Assembly (NCBI GenBank): GCA_015064625.1
Contig: SVRW01000008.1
Location: 87 to 64,086, forward strand
DNA from: Oscillospiraceae bacterium
Lineage (GTDB): Bacteria; Bacillota; Clostridia; Oscillospirales; CAG-382
Direction of reading: 5' to 3'
DNA: 64,000 nt
The notes below the pieces were generated by a model, which saw only the letters and a list, made by a program, of their open reading frames with translations, was not told the DNA's origin and did not search any database. Positions 45,799 to 53,980 of this stretch are shown here, in pieces. The position numbers and the translations under genes were made by a program. Numbering within the stretch: position 1 is the stretch's first letter; every line of letters starts with the position of its first letter.

Positions 45799-46929
45799 AT
45801 GAACGAAATTACTTTTTGGGATAACACCCGCCGACTTATAGAAGAAGGAATTGAAAAAAGATATTACCCATCCGCAGTTTGTGCTATCGGTGACAAAAAC
45901 GGCTTGATTCTCAAGGAAGCCTTCGGATATTCCCGTTGGTTCAGAGATGAATCCCCTTGCTTCGACGTGACTCCTGAAAAAATCCCCGATGATGCAATCC
46001 CCTGCACAGTGGAGCATCTTTTTGATATGGCATCATGCAGTAAGGTTATGAGTACAACCCTGCTTGCGTTGAAAGCGATTGAAAACGGAGAAATTACTTT
46101 AAGTGATTCCATATGGAGATTCATTTCAAATTCACCCGAAGATAAAAAAGATATTGAAATTCTCGATCTGATGACTCACAGAGGCGGTTTTGCCCCATGG
46201 TTCGACATTTCAAAAGCGGGTTTTGCCCCTGAAGATGCCGCAAAAGCTATTCTTTCCGTCCCTCTTGAATACGAAACCGGAAGAGAAGTCAGATATTCAT
46301 GTATGGGATATATCCTTTTAGGAAAAATTCTTGAATTGGTATATGGAGCACCTTTGGACGTAGCGGCAGAAGAACATATTTTTTCAAAAATCGGAATGAA
46401 AAACACGCTATACACCCCTCTCGCAAAAGGATATAAAGGACAAATAGCTCCAACTGAATACAATTCAGCATTAAAAAAATACAAAGAGGGCATCGTTCAC
46501 GATGAGAACTCTTGCTTCTTAAACGGCATATCGGGAAACGCAGGCGTATTTTCAACGGCAAAGGACGTAGCGAAGCTTTGTATGTCCTTGGGTAATTATG
46601 AAATTCTCAACAAAAGAACGTTGGATAAGGCGAGTATAAACTATACGGCTGATATCCCCGGGGATGACAGAGGACTTGGATTTGTTGTAAAAGGAGAAAG
46701 GCTTTCTTCATCAGGCGACCTTTTTTCAAATGGTTCTATAGGTCACACAGGATACACAGGAACTTTCTTCTTTATTGATAAGGAAACCTCATTTTATTTT
46801 GTACTCCTCACAAACAGAGTTCATTTCACTCGCGAAAACATTTTCCTCCTCAGACATAGAAGGAAAATATGCAACAGCGCAATTTCCGAATATTTCAAAA
46901 TGAAAAAGATAACAGGTGATACCAAATGA
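45799..46929 (+). CDS. serine hydrolase, beta-lactamase/transpeptidase-like fold
   Basis: 376 aa. SxxK motif ASCSKVMST and later GHTGYTG (the KTG-equivalent HTG box). Confidence 0.75.
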   Translation: MNEITFWDNTRRLIEEGIEKRYYPSAVCAIGDKNGLILKEAFGYSRWFRDESPCFDVTPEKIPDDAIPCTVEHLFDMASCSKVMSTTLLALKAIENGEITLSDSIWRFISNSPEDKKDIEILDLMTHRGGFAPWFDISKAGFAPEDAAKAILSVPLEYETGREVRYSCMGYILLGKILELVYGAPLDVAAEEHIFSKIGMKNTLYTPLAKGYKGQIAPTEYNSALKKYKEGIVHDENSCFLNGISGNAGVFSTAKDVAKLCMSLGNYEILNKRTLDKASINYTADIPGDDRGLGFVVKGERLSSSGDLFSNGSIGHTGYTGTFFFIDKETSFYFVLLTNRVHFTRENIFLLRHRRKICNSAISEYFKMKKITGDTK

Positions 46930-47489
46930 AAAAGAAGCTGAACCCTGGGACGTTACTCACGCCCCTTCCCGCAGTTCTCGTTACCTGCGGTAATATGGAA
47001 GAATCAAATGCAGTTACTGTTGCATGGACAGGTATTATAAATTCAGTCCCTCCCATGCTTTATATTTCCCTCAGACCTGAAAGATATTCCTTCGATATTA
47101 TTAAAAAAACAGGTGAGTTTGCAGTTAATCTTACAACGTCCGCCCTTACCTATGCAACGGATTTTTGTGGTGTTCGATCAGGTAGAGACGTTGATAAATT
47201 TCAGGTTTTGGGGCTTACGAAACAAAAAGCAAATTTTATAGAAGCCCCCTTGATAGGTGAATCCCCCGTCGCTCTTGAATGTAAGGTGACGGAAATAAAG
47301 GAGCTTGGAAGCCATCATATGTTCATCGCAAAAATCCTTTGCGTTGATGCGGAAGAAAAATACTTTGATTCAAAAGGGAAGTTGAACTTTGAACAAATGG
47401 GGCTTATTAGCTATTCCCACGGAACTTATAACGCTACAGGAGCAAAAAGAGGTTCTTTTGGTTTTTCAGTTGCAAAAAAGAAAAAATAG
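46926..47489 (+). CDS. flavin reductase-like FMN-binding domain protein
   Basis: ATGA start/stop overlap with the upstream gene. PLPAVLVTCG...NAVTVAWTGIINSVPPMLYISLRPERYS...GVRSGRDVDKF matches the flavin reductase family pattern. Confidence 0.75.
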   Translation: MKKKLNPGTLLTPLPAVLVTCGNMEESNAVTVAWTGIINSVPPMLYISLRPERYSFDIIKKTGEFAVNLTTSALTYATDFCGVRSGRDVDKFQVLGLTKQKANFIEAPLIGESPVALECKVTEIKELGSHHMFIAKILCVDAEEKYFDSKGKLNFEQMGLISYSHGTYNATGAKRGSFGFSVAKKKK

Positions 47490-47543
47490 TTTTTTAATTG
47501 TATTTTAAAGCTTTTCTGCCATTCTTATTCTTGAGGTGTTTTT

Positions 47544-48218
47544 ATGCGAATTTTGATTGCCGAAGACGAAAGAGATCTGAATCTCATAATAAAGAAAAAA
47601 TTACAAAACAGCGGATATACAGTAGACTCTGTGTTTGACGGCGAGGAAGCCTTGGATTTTATCGCAGCGGCAGATTACGATGGAATTATTTTAGACATTA
47701 TGATGCCAATTCACGATGGGTTTTACGTTTTATCAGAATTGAGAAAAGCAGGAAAGAAAACGCCTGTGTTGTTTCTTACCGCAAGGGATTCCGTTGAAGA
47801 CAGGGTGAAAGGGCTTGACAGCGGAGCGAACGATTATCTTATAAAGCCTTTTTCCTTTGACGAGCTTATGGCAAGACTACGTGCTATGACTCGTCCTGCC
47901 TTTGGACTTTCCGACAATATCCTTTCTATTGATAATTTGACGGTCAATTGTACGTCCCACGAGGTAAAACGTGGAGAAAAACTTATCGCTCTTTCCGCAA
48001 AGGAATATACGCTTCTTACGTATATGCTAAAAAACAAAGGACGTGTTTTATCACGTGAACAGCTTGAAAATCACGTGTGGAGCTTTGATTATGAAGGCGG
48101 CTCAAATATAGTTGAGGTTTACATAAGATATTTGAGAAAGAAAATAGATGATGGATTTGACAAAAAGCTTATACATACAATCCGTGGATTAGGATACGTT
48201 ATAAGAGAAAACCCTTAA
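47544..48218 (+). CDS. OmpR-family response regulator
   Basis: MRILIAEDERDL...DGIILDIMMP (receiver Asp) plus a winged-helix C-terminus LIHTIRGLGYVIR. Confidence 0.9.
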   Translation: MRILIAEDERDLNLIIKKKLQNSGYTVDSVFDGEEALDFIAAADYDGIILDIMMPIHDGFYVLSELRKAGKKTPVLFLTARDSVEDRVKGLDSGANDYLIKPFSFDELMARLRAMTRPAFGLSDNILSIDNLTVNCTSHEVKRGEKLIALSAKEYTLLTYMLKNKGRVLSREQLENHVWSFDYEGGSNIVEVYIRYLRKKIDDGFDKKLIHTIRGLGYVIRENP

Positions 48219-48238
48219 AATTCAAAGGAGGAATCAAT

Positions 48239-49624
48239 ATGACGGTTAAAAATAAAATAATCGTTTGGTTTATATCAATACTCGTCATAGTGTTTTCCCT
48301 CGCTTTCTTTATAATATATTCCCTCTCAAGCTCGTTTTTGAAAGAAAATCTGAAAAAAAATTTATCGCAAACCGTTGAAAAAAATGCAGACGAAATAGAA
48401 TATTATTTCATTCTAAGCGGTGAGGATGAAAACATCTATAACCAATATATAGAATACGATGGTGGTTTTCTGGAAATCGACGATGACTTTCTCAACACAG
48501 TTGACGGAATAACCATAGGCTTGTACGAAAAAAACGGAAATCTGATTTACGGGGAAAATCCATTAGGTGAGCATCTTCTAAAGAAAGGCTTTTCAAACGC
48601 AATTTTACAAACTATAACCGTGGAAGGAGAAAAGCATTACGTTTTTGACAGAAAGCTCGATGGAATAGGAGTAGACGGGCTCTGGTTAAGAGGAACAGTT
48701 TCCGAGGAAACAGCACTTTCAGGACTAAAAAGCGTTTCTAAAATAGCTTTGATTATCCTTTGCATAATAGTTGAAATAAGCGCAGTTATAGGAATCATAA
48801 TTGCCGAAAAAATATTGAAGCCCGTAAAGAAAATAACGCAAGCGGCAATCCAAATAGGCAGTAGCAAAAACCTTAAACAGCGAATCAATTTAGGAGAAGG
48901 CAAGGACGAATTCAAAACATTGGCAAATCATTTCGATAAAATGGTTGACAGACTTGATGAAGCCTTTGAAGCGGAAAAACGTTTCACCTCTGATGCATCA
49001 CACGAATTGAGAACACCCGTTACCGTCATATCGGCTCAATGTGAATATGCCCTTGAATCACCGAAAGAAACAGAAGAATATATAGAAGCTCTTGAAGTAA
49101 TTTCAAGACAAAGCAAAAAAATGTCATCCCTCATAAACGATATGCTCTCACTGTCCAGATTTGAACATAAAAAGGGGAACTATGAATTTTGCGATTTTGA
49201 TTTTTCCACATTCATATCCGAGCTTTGCGAGGATTTGGCTTTAGTTGAAAGCAAAAATATAACTCTTTATACAGACGTTGAAAAAAATATTCAGATAAAC
49301 GGTGAAAAAGAGCTTCTCGAAAGACTTGCTTCCAACCTTATTATGAATGCTTATAAATACGGGAAAGAAAACGGAGTAATCAACGTTTCACTTTCAAAAA
49401 AAGGAGAAAAGATTTTTCTTTCGGTTTCCGACGACGGCATTGGAATATCGGAAGTAGATTTGCCAAGGGTTTTCGACAGATTCTACTGTGTGGATAAGTC
49501 AAGAAATAATGCCGGTACAGGACTTGGGCTTTCAATGGCTTTGGAAATCGCCCGTCTCCACGGCGGAGATATTACCGTAGAAAGTACCTTAGGAAAAGGA
49601 AGTACCTTTACGTTTATAATATAA
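48239..49624 (+). CDS. sensor histidine kinase (2 TM, HAMP, HisKA, HATPase_c)
   Basis: AAGGAGG RBS. H-box FTSDASHELRTPV, N-box NLIMNAYKYG, G-boxes DDGIGI and GTGLGLS. Confidence 0.9.
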   Translation: MTVKNKIIVWFISILVIVFSLAFFIIYSLSSSFLKENLKKNLSQTVEKNADEIEYYFILSGEDENIYNQYIEYDGGFLEIDDDFLNTVDGITIGLYEKNGNLIYGENPLGEHLLKKGFSNAILQTITVEGEKHYVFDRKLDGIGVDGLWLRGTVSEETALSGLKSVSKIALIILCIIVEISAVIGIIIAEKILKPVKKITQAAIQIGSSKNLKQRINLGEGKDEFKTLANHFDKMVDRLDEAFEAEKRFTSDASHELRTPVTVISAQCEYALESPKETEEYIEALEVISRQSKKMSSLINDMLSLSRFEHKKGNYEFCDFDFSTFISELCEDLALVESKNITLYTDVEKNIQINGEKELLERLASNLIMNAYKYGKENGVINVSLSKKGEKIFLSVSDDGIGISEVDLPRVFDRFYCVDKSRNNAGTGLGLSMALEIARLHGGDITVESTLGKGSTFTFII

Positions 49625-49626
49625 AA

Positions 49627-50202
49627 ATGGAGAAGAATATGATTAAATCAAAAAAAGACTTAAAGGAATATATTGATGCAGACAACGGTTGGATGAAAAC
49701 ATCAGGTTTTAAGGCAAAGCTGATTGAAAGGCTTGCAAATTATCCCACCTACGAACTGAAAAAGTTTACTATATATCTCAGAAAGCAGGAATATTACATA
49801 AATACGGCAAATGGAAGCAAAATAAAAGGACTTTTAGGACTTTATTACGAAAGAAAGAAAAACCGTCTTGGAATGAGATTGGGAATTGAAATTGGTCCTA
49901 ACTGCTTTGGAAAAGGGTTGACCATATCTCATGGTGGAAGCATTATAGTAAATAGTTCTGTTAAAGCAGGAGAATACTGCATGTTACATGGTGCGAATTG
50001 TCTTGGAAATAACGGTAGTACAAATGATGCCCCTATCCTTGGAAATAACGTTGACGTTGGTATTGGTGCTGTAATTATAGGCGGTGTAACGGTCGCCGAT
50101 AACGTTAAAATAGGTGCAAACGCTGTTGTAAACCGCTCAATTACTGAAGAAGGAAGCGTTTACGTAGGTATTCCTGCAAGAAAAGTTGATAAGTCAAAAT
50201 AA
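49627..50202 (+). CDS. hexapeptide-repeat O-acetyltransferase (serine acetyltransferase-like)
   Basis: Left-handed beta-helix repeats (ILGNNVDVGIGAVIIGGVTVADNVKIGANAVV). The ATG at 49627 lies 2 nt after the HK stop. The alternative ATG at 49639 has GGAGA 5 nt upstream. Confidence 0.7.
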   Translation: MEKNMIKSKKDLKEYIDADNGWMKTSGFKAKLIERLANYPTYELKKFTIYLRKQEYYINTANGSKIKGLLGLYYERKKNRLGMRLGIEIGPNCFGKGLTISHGGSIIVNSSVKAGEYCMLHGANCLGNNGSTNDAPILGNNVDVGIGAVIIGGVTVADNVKIGANAVVNRSITEEGSVYVGIPARKVDKSK

Positions 50203-50313
50203 TTTTTGTCAATTTTATTAAGGTTGTTTTAATTTTTGGAGTGTATACTGAAGACACAAAGGAAAAGATTGCTCGACTTTTCCGAAACTTCAAAACCGAA
50301 AGGAGTTAATACA

Positions 50314-51792
50314 ATGAAAAAATCAAAAAACAAATTTGAGATAAAAAAGCTTTTCTCTACACCTAAAAGAGCAGTAATAACATTAAGTGTTTCAATTCTT
50401 GCTCTTGCAATTCTCGGAACAACTTCCGTTTTTTCTGCATACGCCATTGCTGAAAACGTAGCTATCGGAGAAGAAGCGGCAAAAAACAATGCATTTGAAG
50501 CGGCAGGTGTGGATTTTGAAAATGTTGATGCGGTTAAAACTAAATTCAAATTTCACCGTGGAAAGTTCGTATATGATGTTAAATTCTATTCCGAAGGAAA
50601 AGAATTCGAATATAAAATTCATTCCAAGGACGGTGTAGTAGTTGGATTTGAAAAGCCCGAAAAAGTTTCTCTTCCCCAAAATGCAATAACCGCTGATGAA
50701 GCAAAAGAAATCGCCCTTACTCACGCAGGTTTGGTTGAAGAAGACGTAACTTTTACAAAAGTAAAAATTGATAAAGACGACGGAATTTATGAATACGAAA
50801 TCGAATTCAAAACAGATAGCAAAAAATACGAATACGAAATAAACGCAGAAGACGGACAAATTATAGAGTCCAAATCAAAAAATCTCTCCATTTTCAGTTC
50901 CGAAGAAGCGGAAAAAGTAATTTCCGTTGAAGATGCTAAAAAAGCTGCTCTTGAACATGCTGGAATTACGGATGCGTTTTTTACAAAAGCAAAGCTTGAC
51001 AAAGAAGATGGCATTTATATATACGAAATAAAATTTATATATGAAAATGCTGAATACAAATACAAAATCGACGCCTTAACAAAAGAAGTTATTAAATCAT
51101 CTAACAAAAATGAAGAAGCTATTCCCGAAAACATTATATCTGAGGATGAAGCTAAAAACATAGCTCTCACTCATGCAGGTCTTACTGCAGAAAACGTTAG
51201 CTTCAAAAAATCAAAGCTGGACAAGGAAGAGGGAAAACTTGTTTATGATATTGAATTCTTAACAGCTGATAAAGAGTATGAATACGAAATACATGCGGAA
51301 AGCGGTGAAATTATCGAGTTTTCTTCTGATGATATAGATAATAAAGAATCAGCAGATGAAGAAAAACCTGCCAAACCTAACGAAAACCACAACGGTAATA
51401 CAAACGATAACAAACCTCAAAATCCTGATTTCAAACCTGAAGATAGCGAGAATGATGGCGATAAGAATGACAGATACGAGGGAAAAAATGAATATCCCAT
51501 GAATCCCGAACGCCCCAATAATCCTGAATATCCTATGAATCCCGAATATCCTAATAACTCTGAACAGAAACCAAACCCTCGCCCTGATTCTTTCATAGGT
51601 CTGGAAAAAGCAAAAAAAGCTGTTCTTGAAAAAGCAGGACTTTCCACAGAAAACGTAACCTTTACAAAAGCAAAGCTTGAGAAGGAAAAAGGTAGAGCTG
51701 AATACGAAATCGAATTTACCTGTGACGGAAAAAAATACGAATTTTCCGTAAATGCCTTAACGGGCGAAATTATTGAATTTGAAGTTGAATAA
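50314..51792 (+). CDS. membrane-anchored protein with ~6 PepSY domains
   Basis: ORF track 50236..51792. The ATG at 50314 follows AGGAG. N-terminal TM segment. Repeated I[ST]xDEAKxIALxHAGLxxxxVxFxKxKLDKxxGxxxYEIEFxxxxxEYEYEI units. Pro/Asn-rich spacer. Confidence 0.75.
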   Translation: MKKSKNKFEIKKLFSTPKRAVITLSVSILALAILGTTSVFSAYAIAENVAIGEEAAKNNAFEAAGVDFENVDAVKTKFKFHRGKFVYDVKFYSEGKEFEYKIHSKDGVVVGFEKPEKVSLPQNAITADEAKEIALTHAGLVEEDVTFTKVKIDKDDGIYEYEIEFKTDSKKYEYEINAEDGQIIESKSKNLSIFSSEEAEKVISVEDAKKAALEHAGITDAFFTKAKLDKEDGIYIYEIKFIYENAEYKYKIDALTKEVIKSSNKNEEAIPENIISEDEAKNIALTHAGLTAENVSFKKSKLDKEEGKLVYDIEFLTADKEYEYEIHAESGEIIEFSSDDIDNKESADEEKPAKPNENHNGNTNDNKPQNPDFKPEDSENDGDKNDRYEGKNEYPMNPERPNNPEYPMNPEYPNNSEQKPNPRPDSFIGLEKAKKAVLEKAGLSTENVTFTKAKLEKEKGRAEYEIEFTCDGKKYEFSVNALTGEIIEFEVE

Positions 51793-51840
51793 ATCATACA
51801 TAATAACAACTTAAAATAAAAACAGTAGTTTAACGCATAC

Positions 51841-51879
51841 AAAAAATGCTTTTCCCTTTTTTGAGGAAAAGCATTTTTA
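51841..51879. terminator. bidirectional terminator between convergent genes
   Basis: aaaaatgcttttcc (51842-51855) pairs with ggaaaagcattttt (51865-51878). Confidence 0.75.
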
Positions 51880-51897
51880 TTATCTTATATCATTTAA

Positions 51898-52785
51898 TTA
51901 ACCCGGATTAACAGGATTCATATCATCCTTTTTGTTTCTAACCACATAAACTACAACAGCTATAATTGCAACAGCAACGCAGGCAACAACAAGCCAACGG
52001 ATAATATTTACGCCGTCTTCATTTTCTTTATCATCAGAAGAATCGTTATTGGAACCTGCTTCAGATTCTATAGTAGAAGACAAACCTGCTTCAAAAGATG
52101 GATTTTCTACAGAAACTACTTCAGAAACAGATGTGTTATCATCAGACACTTCGGATGAAATTTGTTCAATAGAAGCTTCGGTGGAAGAAACTATTTCTTC
52201 AGATGATTGTTCTCCCGTAGATGAATCAGGGGCTTTATTGAGTGATAAAGTGTAATTTCCCCCGATACCATAAAGGGTTTCGAATGATGCGCCACCGTTA
52301 ATTCCGGATGACCCTGTTAACGTTTCGCCTTCGGGAATACTGATTGTAGTATCGGTTGCAGATGACGTAATTACCGTAAATTTCAATTCAACCCCAAAGG
52401 TGTTATCATCTTTCGCACTTGATATCGTATCAATTTTGTTTCCATCATAAACCATAATGATATCGATAGCTTTTTTTCCATCTGAATCTTCTTCGGAATG
52501 TGCCATAAAAACACTGGAACCCCACTCAGAAGGAAAAATGCCATTGGCTGATTCAAGTTTGAGATGAGAGGGGTCGTAAAATGCTACTGCATCAAGTCCT
52601 AACATACCGTTTGCATGAGTTATGTTGTTAACGTAAAATGTAACGGAGAATGAATCACCTTTATTTGCGCTGTGAGCATTAGATTCAGGAATAATAGTAA
52701 ATCCATATTCTTCTGCAAAACATACACAAAACAACGTCATAAAAAGCATAATTGCAAGAAACGATGAAACAACCTTCTGCTTCAT
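51898..52785 (-). CDS. membrane-anchored cohesin-like domain protein (candidate dockerin receptor)
   Basis: ORF track 51898..52881. The ATG at 52785 follows AAGGAG and removes the overlap with asd. Signal peptide, then a ~165-aa module with a cohesin-like pattern (ANKGDSFSVTFYVNNI...GLDAVAFYDPSHLKLES...VELKFTVI). Ser/Glu-rich linker and C-terminal TM helix WLVVACVAVAIIAVVVYVV. Pattern-based call only. Confidence 0.45.
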   Translation of the reverse strand: MKQKVVSSFLAIMLFMTLFCVCFAEEYGFTIIPESNAHSANKGDSFSVTFYVNNITHANGMLGLDAVAFYDPSHLKLESANGIFPSEWGSSVFMAHSEEDSDGKKAIDIIMVYDGNKIDTISSAKDDNTFGVELKFTVITSSATDTTISIPEGETLTGSSGINGGASFETLYGIGGNYTLSLNKAPDSSTGEQSSEEIVSSTEASIEQISSEVSDDNTSVSEVVSVENPSFEAGLSSTIESEAGSNNDSSDDKENEDGVNIIRWLVVACVAVAIIAVVVYVVRNKKDDMNPVNPG

Positions 52786-52819
52786 ATTTTTACGCTCCTT
52801 TCCAACTTCAACGCAAAGC

Positions 52820-53899
52820 TTAATACAAATATCCTTCTCTGTAGAGAAGCTCTGCGATAAGAACAGCTCCGCCTGCTGCACCTCTCAATGTGTTATGTGA
52901 AAGACCAATGAATTTGTAATCAAATACTGTGTCAGAACGGAGTCTTCCAAGAGAAATACCCATTCCGTTTTCAATATTTCTGTCAAGCCCTGTCTGAGGA
53001 CGGTTAAACTCTTCAAAATAGGTAAGGAACTGTTTAGGTGCGCTAGGCAACTGAAGTTCCTGAGGTCTGCCCTGGAAGTTCTTCCAGATGTCAATGATTT
53101 CATCTGCGCTTGGCTTAATTCTGGAGAAGCTTACGGAAATAGCTGCAAGATGTCCGTCAGAAGCGGGAACACGGATGCATTGAGCAGAAATTGTGGGATT
53201 AGATGCAGGGATAATAACACCGTCTTCAAGAGAACCCCAAATTTTCAAAGGTTCTTTTTCGCTCTTTTCTTCTTCGCCGCCAATATATGGAATTACGTTA
53301 TCAACAATTTCAGGCCAGCTTTCAAAGGTTTTTCCTGCACCTGAAATAGCCTGGAAAGTAACAACGTTAATTTTGGCAATTTCATATTTCATAAGAGGAG
53401 TAAGCGCAGGAACGTAGCTCTGGATAGAACAGTTGGGTTTTACAGCTATAAAGCCCTTTGATGTTCCCAAACGCTTTTTCTGATATTCAATAACGCCCAA
53501 ATGCTGAGGGTTAAGTTCAGGAATTACCATAGGAACGTCCAAGGTCATTCTATTTGCGGAGTTATTGGAAATAACGGGAATTTCAGCCCTTGCATATGCT
53601 TCTTCCAAAGCCTTTATTTCATCCTTGGGCATATCAACGGCGCAGAATACGAAATCAACTTTTTCTGCAACTTTGGAAATATTTGCCGCGTCAACAATAA
53701 CCATGTTCTTTACCAATTCAGGCATTGGAACAGCCATGCGCCATCTGTTTCCGATTGCTTCTTCATATGTTTTATCTGCGCTTCTTGAGCTTGCCGCAAG
53801 ACAAGCAATTTCAAAATAAGGATGGTTTGCAAGCAAAGTGATAAATCTCTGACCTACCATACCCGTTGCGCCAATTATACCACACTTCAATTTTTTCAT
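52820..53899 (-). CDS. asd: aspartate-semialdehyde dehydrogenase
   Basis: ORF track 52820..53917; the ATG is at 53899 (MKKLKCGIIGATGMVGQRF). Active-site region PNCSIQ and NTLRGAAGGAV near the C-terminus. Confidence 0.9.
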   Translation of the reverse strand: MKKLKCGIIGATGMVGQRFITLLANHPYFEIACLAASSRSADKTYEEAIGNRWRMAVPMPELVKNMVIVDAANISKVAEKVDFVFCAVDMPKDEIKALEEAYARAEIPVISNNSANRMTLDVPMVIPELNPQHLGVIEYQKKRLGTSKGFIAVKPNCSIQSYVPALTPLMKYEIAKINVVTFQAISGAGKTFESWPEIVDNVIPYIGGEEEKSEKEPLKIWGSLEDGVIIPASNPTISAQCIRVPASDGHLAAISVSFSRIKPSADEIIDIWKNFQGRPQELQLPSAPKQFLTYFEEFNRPQTGLDRNIENGMGISLGRLRSDTVFDYKFIGLSHNTLRGAAGGAVLIAELLYREGYLY

Positions 53900-53941
53900 A
53901 ATATTGTTCCACCGCAAAAGCGGGTTTCCTTTCTCAAATTC

Positions 53942-53965
53942 CCAAAGCGGATTTCTCCGCTTTGG
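53942..53965 (-). terminator. stem-loop 3' of the LRR gene (weak terminator)
   Basis: ccaaagcgga-tttc-tccgctttgg forms a 10-bp stem. Only a short U stretch (GAAUUUG) follows on the minus strand. Confidence 0.4.
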
Positions 53966-53980
53966 ATTACAGTTATTCGA

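Noticed and set aside
52786-52881. 32-codon extension of the cohesin-like ORF overlapping the 3' end of asd
   Set aside because: The internal ATG at 52785 has an AAGGAG RBS and starts a proper signal peptide. The longer form overlaps asd by 62 nt.
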